From Phycisphaerae bacterium (GTDB lineage Bacteria; Planctomycetota; Phycisphaerae; UBA1845): a DNA stretch of 64,000 nucleotides. Location of the stretch: positions 36,915 to 100,914 of the forward strand of contig JAJVHU010000049.1 in the NCBI GenBank assembly GCA_022072505.1, read 5' to 3'. Under the pieces are notes generated by a model. The model saw nothing but the letters and a program-made list of their open reading frames with translations, did not search any database and was not told the origin of the DNA. A program made the position numbers and the translations under genes. Position 1 is the stretch's first letter. The number at the start of each line of letters is the position of its first letter. Positions 26,943-34,595 of the stretch are shown piece after piece.

Positions 26943-28298
26943 TCACGCCGACGCAAGCAGCAGCAGGATCAGCAGCAAGACGACCGCCGCCGCCGCACCC
27001 AGCCGCCGGTTCTGCCGCCGCGCACGCTCCACCGCGTCCGCGTACGCGATCGTCGAAAACGACACCATCGAATACAGCGGCAGGTAAGCGTCCCCCAGCA
27101 GCCGGTGCAGCAGCTTCTCCCCCTTCTTCTTCAGGAGAAACACGCGAGATCCCGTCTTGTCGCGCATCTCAAGGAAGTTCCCGATCGCCAGGTCCGCCAG
27201 GGCGTCCGCGTGGCGCTTGCGACGCCGCTCGTATTCGTTAAAGGCCGCCCCCGGATCCGTCGCAGACCCGCGAAGACACTCCAGCAGGACCGGGCAATCC
27301 TCGAACGCGCAGTTCGCCCCCTGACCGTAAAACGGCACCACCGCGTGCGCCGCGTCGCCCAGCAACACGACCCTGTCACGGTAATGCCACGGCTGACAGC
27401 GGACGGTCACCAGCGACGGGTTCGGGTTGTTGCGAAAATCCTCGATCAGCGTCGGCATGTGCGGCACGGCGTCGGGGAACACGCGATTGAAGAACCCGCG
27501 AACCTCGTCGTCGGCGCGCACCGCCGCGGCGGAGTTCTCCCCCTCGTGCGCCCAGAACAGCGTGCAGGTGAACGACCCGTCGATGTTCGGCAGCGCGATC
27601 ATCATGAACGACTTTCGAGGCCAGATGTGCAGCGCGTTCCGCTCGAGGCGGTGACGCCCGTCCGCCCCGGGCGGGATCGACAGCTCCTTGTACCCGTGCG
27701 CGAGGTAGCTCTGGCTGTAATCGAACCGGTCCAGGCGCTGCATCGCCCCCCGCACCGCGGAGAACGCCCCGTCCGCCCCGATCACCACGCCCGGCGACGT
27801 CTCGACGCTTCCACCGTCGTCCCCAACCTGAAAGCGCGCCTGCCCGGTCTCGATATTCACGCCGACGCACTTGTGATCGAAGTGAACCCGCACGCTCGGC
27901 ATCGCCCGTGCGGCTTCGATCAGCGTCACGTTGAGGTCTTTGCGCGACACGGAGTTGATCGCCTGATCCGGATGCACGCCGTAAGGCTGGTACACGACGT
28001 CTCCGCCGACGCCGTGAATCATCCGCCCGCGCATCGGCACCGCCTGCTTCAGCACCTCCTCCGCAAGCCCGACCCCGCGCAGCGCCTCGATCCCCCGCAC
28101 CGAGATCGCCAGATTGATGGACCGCCCGGCGTCCGCCTTTCCGGACCGCGGATCGGCGCGGCGCTCATAAAGGTCAACCTCGTACCCCTCGCGCCCCAGA
28201 TAGATCGCCATCAACGCCCCGCCCAATCCGCCGCCGACGATCGTGAACGTGCGTGGCGCTTCGGTTGAACGCGTCGGGATGATGCTTCGCGCGGGCAT
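26943..28298 (-). CDS. kmo: Kynurenine 3-monooxygenase (FAD-dependent)
   Basis: IVGGGLGGALMAIYLGREGYEVDLYERR, GRSINLAISVRGIEAL, MRGRMIH, LLGDAAHAVVPFYGQGANCAFEDC and a C-terminal TM segment. Confidence 0.9.
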   Translation of the reverse strand: MPARSIIPTRSTEAPRTFTIVGGGLGGALMAIYLGREGYEVDLYERRADPRSGKADAGRSINLAISVRGIEALRGVGLAEEVLKQAVPMRGRMIHGVGGDVVYQPYGVHPDQAINSVSRKDLNVTLIEAARAMPSVRVHFDHKCVGVNIETGQARFQVGDDGGSVETSPGVVIGADGAFSAVRGAMQRLDRFDYSQSYLAHGYKELSIPPGADGRHRLERNALHIWPRKSFMMIALPNIDGSFTCTLFWAHEGENSAAAVRADDEVRGFFNRVFPDAVPHMPTLIEDFRNNPNPSLVTVRCQPWHYRDRVVLLGDAAHAVVPFYGQGANCAFEDCPVLLECLRGSATDPGAAFNEYERRRKRHADALADLAIGNFLEMRDKTGSRVFLLKKKGEKLLHRLLGDAYLPLYSMVSFSTIAYADAVERARRQNRRLGAAAAVVLLLILLLLASA

Positions 28299-28302
28299 GA
28301 CC

Positions 28303-28333
28303 TTAAAAAAACGGGCAGCCGTGTCGGCTGCCC
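28303..28333 (-). terminator. Intrinsic-terminator-like hairpin + U7 ending 6 nt before the kmo ATG (possible attenuator)
   Basis: The minus strand reads GGGCAGCCG-ACA-CGGCTGCCC-G-TTTTTTT-AAGGTC-ATG. Confidence 0.55.
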
Positions 28334-28364
28334 AACCCGCATCTCGCGGGGGAGTCGTTCCGAG

Positions 28365-28392
28365 AGCGTACTTACGCGTGGTGGACTGTCAA
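28365..28392 (-). promoter_or_regulatory. Sigma70-like promoter candidate upstream of the kmo leader
   Basis: The minus strand reads TTGACA, 16 nt, then TACGCT. This predicts a ~60-nt leader containing CCCGC-GAGAT-GCGGG and the terminator-like hairpin. Confidence 0.3.
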
Positions 28393-28689
28393 ATCAAACC
28401 GTCCGGAGTCTCCCCGTGATCCAGGACAACCGCATTCCAGGATTTCGAGCTTCCGAGCGAACATCGGCTGCCCAAGGGATCGGCCTCCGCATGCCGGAAT
28501 CGCGGATCGCCTGATCCGCGGTATCCGTCAGGACCGGCTCAAAAGTTAGAATGCGGTTGCCCTGCCCGTGACCCCGGTTGCCGGGCGTGGCGTTTGCAGA
28601 AACTTCCGATCATGCAAGACATCGCGGGGTGGTTCCGCCTCGCCCGCGCAGCCGACCCGCTCGAATCCCGCAGGCGCATCGGAGCATCG

Positions 28690-28985
28690 TGGTCTCCGGT
28701 GGATCGTCCGAACGTCGTCATCCTGAACGATCCTCCGAGCACCTCAACCCCGCACGACCCTCCCAGCGTCTCAGCCCCGGAAGGGGCGTCAGAAAACAGC
28801 CCGGCACGCCAGTGCTGGGAAGCCCGCACGAAGGAGCCGGAAGTCCCGGAGGGACGACAGAAGTTCGAGCGGAAGGAGACATTGTCGCGCCACCGATCCA
28901 CCGCCCCTCCGGGCATCACCGCACGTCGCGTCACAACGACGGAACCTCCCGAGCGCCGAGCACCGGAGTCCGTTGAAGACTCGGG
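28690..28985. repeat. Second, degenerate copy of the 25816-26120 element
   Basis: Collinear with the first copy: CCCCGGAAGGGGCG..CAGCCCGGCACGCCAGTGCTGGGAAG, a single GAAGTCCCGGAGGGACGACAGAAG unit, CATCACCGCACG..ACAACGAC and the right end CACCGGAGTCCGTTGAAGACTCGGG (28961-28985). The left end is eroded. Confidence 0.5.
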
Positions 28986-29124
28986 CGAGCCGCTCGGCGG
29001 TCCGATAAAAAGCAGCGAAGGCTTGCTTCTCAAGCATACAATTGAGGTCGCGTGCTTGCGACTCAACTCGGCGGTAAGAGTACAAGTTGGGGGGCGCCCG
29101 ACCAAGTCGCCGAAGACGACCGCA

Positions 29125-29511
29125 ATGACGGAGCAAGGAACCGTGCATCAGCACAAACGCAGCTTACGCTCTACCAGCCTGATCGCGCTAGCGCTGTTGT
29201 CTGGCTGCCACGACCCCCGCTACGACGCCGCGCGCCAGCGCCGCGACGACACCGTCGAGAAAGTCGCCCGATCCTGGGAACGAGAGGAAACCCGGCGCGA
29301 CGCCCGCATGCTCAAAACCCTCAATCATATCGAAGACGTCGAAGCTGACAGACCCGAAAAACTTGAGGCGATGAACCGCAAGATCGAGAGGGAGCTTCAG
29401 GAGCGCGAGATGAAACGACGCGAGCTTCAGCCGGTCTGGAACATGCGCCTCCGCAAACTCTTCCAGGGCGACCCGCAAGGCGCCGACGAAGCCTTCGCCA
29501 AGATGTACTGA
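29125..29511 (+). CDS. Hypothetical coiled-coil lipoprotein
   Basis: The lipobox LALLSGCHD follows MTEQGTVHQHKRSLRSTSLIA, and the remainder is charged and helical. The upstream part of track ORF 28594..29511 is repeat-derived. Confidence 0.55.
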   Translation: MTEQGTVHQHKRSLRSTSLIALALLSGCHDPRYDAARQRRDDTVEKVARSWEREETRRDARMLKTLNHIEDVEADRPEKLEAMNRKIERELQEREMKRRELQPVWNMRLRKLFQGDPQGADEAFAKMY

Positions 29512-29596
29512 CCCGCGACGCCCGCCGTCACGGCCGCACGAGACCAGCGCATCAGGATCTCGCGCAAGCGCCGTCGAACTCCGCCGATCGTGTCCG

Positions 29597-29764
29597 TCAG
29601 AAATACGTCTTCGCCGCCGGAACCGCGTATGCGAGGATGTACCAGATCATCGCCACCCAGAACGCCACCCACATCAGACGCACGTACCACGGAATGCGGT
29701 GCGTCGTATATGTATGATACTGGCGATCCTCAGCCGCCGCCGAAGGCTCCACCTTCAGACTCAT
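29597..29764 (-). CDS. Small membrane protein (55 aa), last gene of the cbb3 operon; below the track length cutoff
   Basis: My own translation is MSLKVEPSAAAEDRQYHTYTTHRIPWYVRLMWVAFWVAMIWYILAYAVPAAKTYF. Its ATG overlaps the TGA of the upstream gene (ATGA at 29761-29764). It has one clear TM helix. Confidence 0.5.
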   Translation of the reverse strand: MSLKVEPSAAAEDRQYHTYTTHRIPWYVRLMWVAFWVAMIWYILAYAVPAAKTYF

Positions 29765-30078
29765 GTCCGCCTCCCCGCCGCCTCGTCAGCCTCGAGACGC
29801 TCCTCCTGCTCCAGCATCGTGTACTTCGGCGCTTCCACGTCCTTGAACATGCCGTGCAGCACCGCCCAGATCATCAGGCACAGAAATCCCAGCGTCGCCA
29901 GAAAATAATTCGCCAGCGGGATCAACGTGAACTCCGTCCCCCCCTCGCTGAGCACCACGCGGACGAACTCATAAATCTTCGTCCCGAACCCCAGGGACGC
30001 GGGAACGAGGATCCCGACCGTCAATCCCCAGACCACCCACCGCTGTCCGCGCGTCGCCTTTCGGATGACCGCCGCCAT
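29761..30078 (-). CDS. Small membrane protein (105 aa) downstream of ccoO
   Basis: ATG at 30078 has AAGGAGGGG upstream and lies 6 nt after the ccoO stop. There are two TM helices (WVVWGLTVGILVPASLGF and YFLATLGFLCLMIWAVLHGMF). It may be a CcoQ-like subunit, but I do not recognise it. Confidence 0.6.
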   Translation of the reverse strand: MAAVIRKATRGQRWVVWGLTVGILVPASLGFGTKIYEFVRVVLSEGGTEFTLIPLANYFLATLGFLCLMIWAVLHGMFKDVEAPKYTMLEQEERLEADEAAGRRT

Positions 30079-30083
30079 GTCGC

Positions 30084-30791
30084 TCACCCCTCCTTTCCGT
30101 CGTCGCCGGGCCCGGGCCCCTGCGCCACGCCGTCCTGCGCGCTCCGCGTCGGCGGCGTCAACTGCGGCGGACCCTCGCCGTAGTAATACGGATACTCCGG
30201 CAGCCAGCTCCCCAGCCACTGCACGTACGTGACGATGCTCATGCCGTCCCGGTTCGGATACCCTCGCTCATCAAAAAACCAGGAATACACCGGCATCACC
30301 GTCGTCGGCACAACGCTCGTCGGGTTGTGAAAGTGCGCCAGGTGCCAGTCATTTGTCCGCCGCGCCCCTTCCCGCGCCAGGTCCGGTCCGACCCGCCGCG
30401 TCCCGAAAAGCACCGGACGCTGAAGCTCGTTCTGATACTCGCTCGCGTGCGACACCGGCCCCCACCGCTCGCTCTCACGCGACACCGGCCTGACCTGCTG
30501 CGAGTGACAATGCCAGCACGCCTCGCCGACGTACACCTCGTGCCCGCGACGCAGCGCCGCCGCGAAGTTCTCCTTGCTCGGCGGTCCGCCGAAGTGCTTC
30601 TCGAACTCCGCCGGAAACCGCTCATGAAGCTCGACGAACTCGTGAAGCAGCCCTTGCTCCGCGATCTGCTCGACCGTCAGCTCCGGCTGATCCACGTAGA
30701 TCAACCACGGCAGCAGCCCCATCACGAGGAACGCCAGCACGAAAAACCCCAGCCCCGCGATCGCAAACACGCCTGACTTGGTTTCAAACAT
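30084..30791 (-). CDS. ccoO: cbb3-type cytochrome c oxidase subunit II (monohaem CcoO/FixO)
   Basis: N-terminal TM helix, haem site CWHCHSQ, and GPDLAREGARRTNDWHLAHFHNPTSVVPTTVMPVYSWFF. Confidence 0.9.
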   Translation of the reverse strand: MFETKSGVFAIAGLGFFVLAFLVMGLLPWLIYVDQPELTVEQIAEQGLLHEFVELHERFPAEFEKHFGGPPSKENFAAALRRGHEVYVGEACWHCHSQQVRPVSRESERWGPVSHASEYQNELQRPVLFGTRRVGPDLAREGARRTNDWHLAHFHNPTSVVPTTVMPVYSWFFDERGYPNRDGMSIVTYVQWLGSWLPEYPYYYGEGPPQLTPPTRSAQDGVAQGPGPGDDGKEG

Positions 30792-30831
30792 CGCCGATCC
30801 CCATCACGCCCGCGCTTCCCGCCGTACAAAA

Positions 30832-30858
30832 CCGAGCCGCGCCCGCAAGGAAGCGTTC
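30832..30858 (-). repeat. Core-motif repeat inside the ccoN-ccoO intergenic spacer
   Basis: CCGAGCCGCGCCCGCAAGGAAGCGTTC on the + strand, so the operon transcript would carry GAACGCUUCCUUGCGGGCGCGGCUCGG. Confidence 0.8.
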
Positions 30859-30912
30859 CGCAAATCCGCGAGCCCTGAACACGGGACTGCGCTTTTGAGA
30901 CGCCGCCTCGCC

Positions 30913-32352
30913 TCAGATCGCCGCCGCCTCGCTCATCGCCTCGCCCGCGGAAGCGCCGTGGCCCGTCGGCCGCCGCAGCATCGTCATCACCACGTTCGCC
31001 GCGAAGAAAAACTGCCCCACGATGATCATCGTTCCCGACACCGCACGCGTCAGCCAGAACGGCGCCGACGCCACCAGCGAGTCCTCCCACGGCGCCAGAT
31101 CCCGCCACTGAAATCCCTGGATCAGCCCCGCGATCACCAGGTCGAAGAACATCACCAGCGTCCCGATCGTGCTCAACCAGTAATGCCACGCATTCCACGA
31201 CGGACGGAACCACCCGCCCGCCCCCACCAGCCGCGGGATCAGGTGCGTCATCATCCCCAGCAGCCAGAACCCGAAGACGCCGAACATCACCAGGTGCGAG
31301 TGCCCCACCACCCAGTCCGTGAAATGAATGATCTTCTGAAACGTCAGCGTCGCCTGAAACGCGCATTGCAGGCACGTCGTGAAGTAGAACACCATCCCCG
31401 TGTAAAACCACCGGATCGGCAGGTTCGTCCGCAGCGCGTCCCCGCGCCCGCGCAGCGTCATGAAGAAATTGATGATCACCGTCGTGACCACCAGCTCCAC
31501 CGCGATCGTCGAGATCACCGCCCCGTATTGCAGGAACATCGGGATCGGGCTGTAAAGAAAATGATGAATCCCCGTCAGCGGGTAAAAGAACGCCAGCCCC
31601 CAGAACCCCACCAGCGACAACCCGTGGCTCCACACCGGTTTCTTCAGAATGATCGGGACGAAGTAGTACATCATCCCCCACCCCAGCGGCGTCACGAACA
31701 AGCCCACCAGATCATGAATGAACAACCCGATGATCGCCCCCGACGCCGCCCCGCCGACGAAATACTCCGGCAGGAAGCTCCCCATCGCGTACACCAGCAC
31801 CGTCCAGACGAACGCCGCCACGTAGTACCAGAGCGTGACATACATCGGACCCTGCACCTGAAGGATCGGGTGCAGAAAGTTCACCGCCACGAGGATCAGC
31901 CCGACCAGCGCCACCGGGTCCACCCACGTCGGCGTCTCGCCCCACTCCACCGCCTGCGCCTGACCCGTCAGCAACCCGACCACCGTCGCCAGCACCACCG
32001 CCTGCCACGCAAAAAAGATGAAATACGAAAGCCCCCGCCCCTGCACCGGGCGCAACGTCAACCGCGGAACCGCCCAGTGCAGCATTCCCAGAAACGCGTT
32101 GGCGATGAATCCGTAAGCGACGCCGTTGGTATGCACGAGACGCCACCGCCCCGGCGAGAACAACTCGATCCCCGCCAGCGGGTAATGCTGAAGAAACTGG
32201 AGCGAGAACAAAAACCCCGCCAGCATCGCCACGATCATGTACGTCAGCGACGCCGCGAAATACCACCACACCAGCCGGGTCTCAATCAACTCACGACCCG
32301 CCGCCAACGCCGGCACGCCTACCACCCCGGGCCCCGCCGTAATGACACTCAT
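30913..32352 (-). CDS. ccoN: cbb3-type cytochrome c oxidase subunit I
   Basis: LVHTNGVAYGFIANAFLGMLHWAVPRLT, DWVVGHSHLVMFGVFGFW and 12+ TM helices. ATG at 32352 (MSVITAG). The track ORF is extended upstream to 32664. Confidence 0.92.
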   Translation of the reverse strand: MSVITAGPGVVGVPALAAGRELIETRLVWWYFAASLTYMIVAMLAGFLFSLQFLQHYPLAGIELFSPGRWRLVHTNGVAYGFIANAFLGMLHWAVPRLTLRPVQGRGLSYFIFFAWQAVVLATVVGLLTGQAQAVEWGETPTWVDPVALVGLILVAVNFLHPILQVQGPMYVTLWYYVAAFVWTVLVYAMGSFLPEYFVGGAASGAIIGLFIHDLVGLFVTPLGWGMMYYFVPIILKKPVWSHGLSLVGFWGLAFFYPLTGIHHFLYSPIPMFLQYGAVISTIAVELVVTTVIINFFMTLRGRGDALRTNLPIRWFYTGMVFYFTTCLQCAFQATLTFQKIIHFTDWVVGHSHLVMFGVFGFWLLGMMTHLIPRLVGAGGWFRPSWNAWHYWLSTIGTLVMFFDLVIAGLIQGFQWRDLAPWEDSLVASAPFWLTRAVSGTMIIVGQFFFAANVVMTMLRRPTGHGASAGEAMSEAAAI

Positions 32353-32425
32353 GCTTCGCCTTCCAACTCGCTCTGGTACAACCCTCGCATTGCCGCGCCC
32401 GACAAACCGATCCGCGCCCGCCAAA

Positions 32426-32452
32426 CCGAGCCGCGCCCGTAAGGAAGCGTTC
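32426..32452 (-). repeat. Core-motif repeat inside the cytochrome c-ccoN intergenic spacer
   Basis: CCGAGCCGCGCCCGTAAGGAAGCGTTC, in the same orientation as the 30832 copy. Confidence 0.8.
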
Positions 32453-32489
32453 TTCTCCCCGCCCGTTTCGGCGCGGTTGCAACCGCGCC

Positions 32490-33527
32490 TTACTCGTCCT
32501 CGATGAACTCCACCGCCTCCGCTTCCTGTTTCTCCGGCGGTGTGGGCGCCGGCTCGCCCGTCAGGCTGATCCACTGCGGCCTTGACCGCAGCGCATACCC
32601 GCCCTCCTTCAGCTTCGGCGGACGCTGAGCGATCAAGTCCTGAACGTAGTACGCCATCGCCCACAAATCCGACGGTTGCACCAGCGGCGGACCTCCGGGC
32701 TCCTTCGCCGCCACGTGCATCGCGTCCACCCAGGTCGGCATCGCCGTGCCCGTCAATCCCGCCGCGATCACCCGGTACAGGTCGTCGATCTGGCTGCCCG
32801 AGCGCACGAAGTCCCGCCGGAAATCCGTCGGATACACCAGCTCGCCCTCGACGTTCGGCTTGACCTCGACCCCGTCAAGGTTCGGGCGGAATCCGCTCCG
32901 CGACTCGTTCCCGCACGCCACCAGGTATTCGTTGATCTTCTCCGTCGAAACGTACGCCGGGTGACAGCTCCAACACGTCACGTATCCGTGATACACGACC
33001 TCGCCGCGGCGGATCGCTTCGGACTTGTCCGGGTTCGAGCGGTACGGATCCTCGTGGATCGGGATCGAAGGCGCCGCGTCCTGCTCGCCCCACTTCGGCG
33101 AGAAGGTCTTGAGGTACGCCACCAGCCCGTCGAGCGTCCGCTCCGACAACGCGGAAAAGCCCGGCATCGCCGATCCTTTCAATCCGTTGCGGATCGATCG
33201 CTTCAGGTCCGCGTCCGTCGGCAATCGACCGGAACGCGTCGAGCTGAACTTGAAGTGCGCCAGCGTGAAGTTCCGCGGCTTCGGGAAAAGAAACGTCGCC
33301 GCCTCGCCCTTCCCGTCGCCCGCGGCGCCGTGGCACCCGACGCAATGCCGCACGTACGCCGTCTCGCCCTCCTTCACCAACGTTTCAACGCTGCTGAACC
33401 GCACACCCTCGTCACGCGGACGCGACATGTCCACGTCCGGCGCGGACCGGGAGCACGCGCCAAGTCCCGCCGCCGCGCCCGCCGCCGCCGCAACCACCAA
33501 CCCGATCGCCCCCGCTTTCCGCCTCAC
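32490..33527 (-). CDS. Dihaem c-type cytochrome lipoprotein (functional CcoP analogue?)
   Basis: Two CxxCH sites (CVGCH and CWSCH), plus GSAMPGF and GTAMPTW. Lipobox GLGACS. GTG at 33527 overlaps the upstream TGA (GTGA). Confidence 0.85.
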   Translation of the reverse strand: MRRKAGAIGLVVAAAAGAAAGLGACSRSAPDVDMSRPRDEGVRFSSVETLVKEGETAYVRHCVGCHGAAGDGKGEAATFLFPKPRNFTLAHFKFSSTRSGRLPTDADLKRSIRNGLKGSAMPGFSALSERTLDGLVAYLKTFSPKWGEQDAAPSIPIHEDPYRSNPDKSEAIRRGEVVYHGYVTCWSCHPAYVSTEKINEYLVACGNESRSGFRPNLDGVEVKPNVEGELVYPTDFRRDFVRSGSQIDDLYRVIAAGLTGTAMPTWVDAMHVAAKEPGGPPLVQPSDLWAMAYYVQDLIAQRPPKLKEGGYALRSRPQWISLTGEPAPTPPEKQEAEAVEFIEDE

Positions 33528-34159
33528 GCATGCGCCCTCCGTGCCAACGAACCGGCCGGCGGCGTGAACCGACCCCACGCATCCACCAGCAGCATCGTCC
33601 AGCCGAACACCAGGTGCGTCGCCGCCGCCACGTAAACCGGAATCTGCTCAACGATCCAGTTCCCCCCGATCAGCAGCGGCTGCATCCACGAAAGCACGCC
33701 GTAAAAGTTCACCACCCAGACCCCCACGCTCAGCACCGTCGTTACGATGAACCGCTTGCCCAACCCCGCGCTCTCGAACCACCGGCTCAGGATCAGGTGA
33801 AACGGCACGCCGCCGATCATGCCCGTGCCGAGATAAAGGCAGCACCCCGCCGCAAGCGTGAACCCGTCATCCAGCGTCAACGCCTTCTCGCCCAGCGGGA
33901 AGGTCAGGTACACCTGGATCAGTTGAAGCGGGTGTCGCCCGAGCATCGCGGCGCCCACCACGTTGAACATCAGGCTCGACACGGCGCCGATGAAACCCAG
34001 CACCATCCCGGCAAGGATGTGATACGTCGTGTAATACCCCGGCGGCGCCCAGCCTCCCCCGCGGGCGTCCTCCGCGAGCTTCGCCTCCAGCGCCGTCGCC
34101 TCCGTCTGCAACTGCCGGATCTGTCGTCGCAACGACTCCAGCTTCTCCTCGTGGTTCAT
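33524..34159 (-). CDS. Hypothetical polytopic membrane protein with an N-terminal coiled coil, first gene of the cbb3 operon
   Basis: ATG at 34159 (MNHEEKLESLRRQIRQLQTEATALEAKL), then about five hydrophobic helices. I recognise no motif. Confidence 0.6.
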   Translation of the reverse strand: MNHEEKLESLRRQIRQLQTEATALEAKLAEDARGGGWAPPGYYTTYHILAGMVLGFIGAVSSLMFNVVGAAMLGRHPLQLIQVYLTFPLGEKALTLDDGFTLAAGCCLYLGTGMIGGVPFHLILSRWFESAGLGKRFIVTTVLSVGVWVVNFYGVLSWMQPLLIGGNWIVEQIPVYVAAATHLVFGWTMLLVDAWGRFTPPAGSLARRAHA

Positions 34160-34595
34160 TTCGTCGCCGCTCCCGGTTCGTCCCCCGATCCCATCGCCGC
34201 GAAGGTGCGCCGTCCCCCGCAACGGCTCCGCGTGGTGACGCTATCGAACCGCATCCGTCCGGCGAGCCCAGACCCCGTCGCGCCTCGGATCGCACCGCCG
34301 CCGTGCCTGAGAATATGCTCCGGTCCGCGCCCGCCGACCAGCCCCAGCAAACCGCGTGCCCAAAAAAGACGCGCTGTGCTTCGCTTCCCGCGCCGCGCCA
34401 CCGTTCTTTACCAGGATCGCGTGCGCACTTCCGCGCACCGCGTCAATTTGGTAAGATGCCCGGCGTTGTACGGAGGATGAATCTAACCTCGAATCCGGGC
34501 TGGGGTATTCGGTAATCTCCTCAGAATGAAGACGCGGCCTGCGTCAAGGCTGCGCGCAGGTTGGGTCTCAGGGTCGTCCTTGGAAAGGACTGAAG

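Noticed and set aside
26193-28268. 691-aa plus-strand ORF opposite kmo and the HAD-like gene. Similar shadows occur at 30778..32442 (opposite ccoN), 46777..48051 (opposite the FGE gene), 50799..52286 (opposite polA), 59934..61898 (opposite ribBA and the phosphatidyltransferase gene), 17782..19455 (opposite cysC and the BtuF-like gene), 41877..43028 and 43077..44252.
   Set aside because: All are Arg/Pro/His/Gln-rich, lack any recognisable motif, and lie exactly opposite genes with unambiguous family signatures.
28594-29124. N-terminal 177 codons of ORF 28594..29511, plus ORFs 28539..29105(-) and 28578..28976(+).
   Set aside because: The region is the degenerate second copy of the 25816-26120 repeat element, and the same pseudo-peptides recur. 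A lipoprotein-type start at ATG 29125 explains the real gene.
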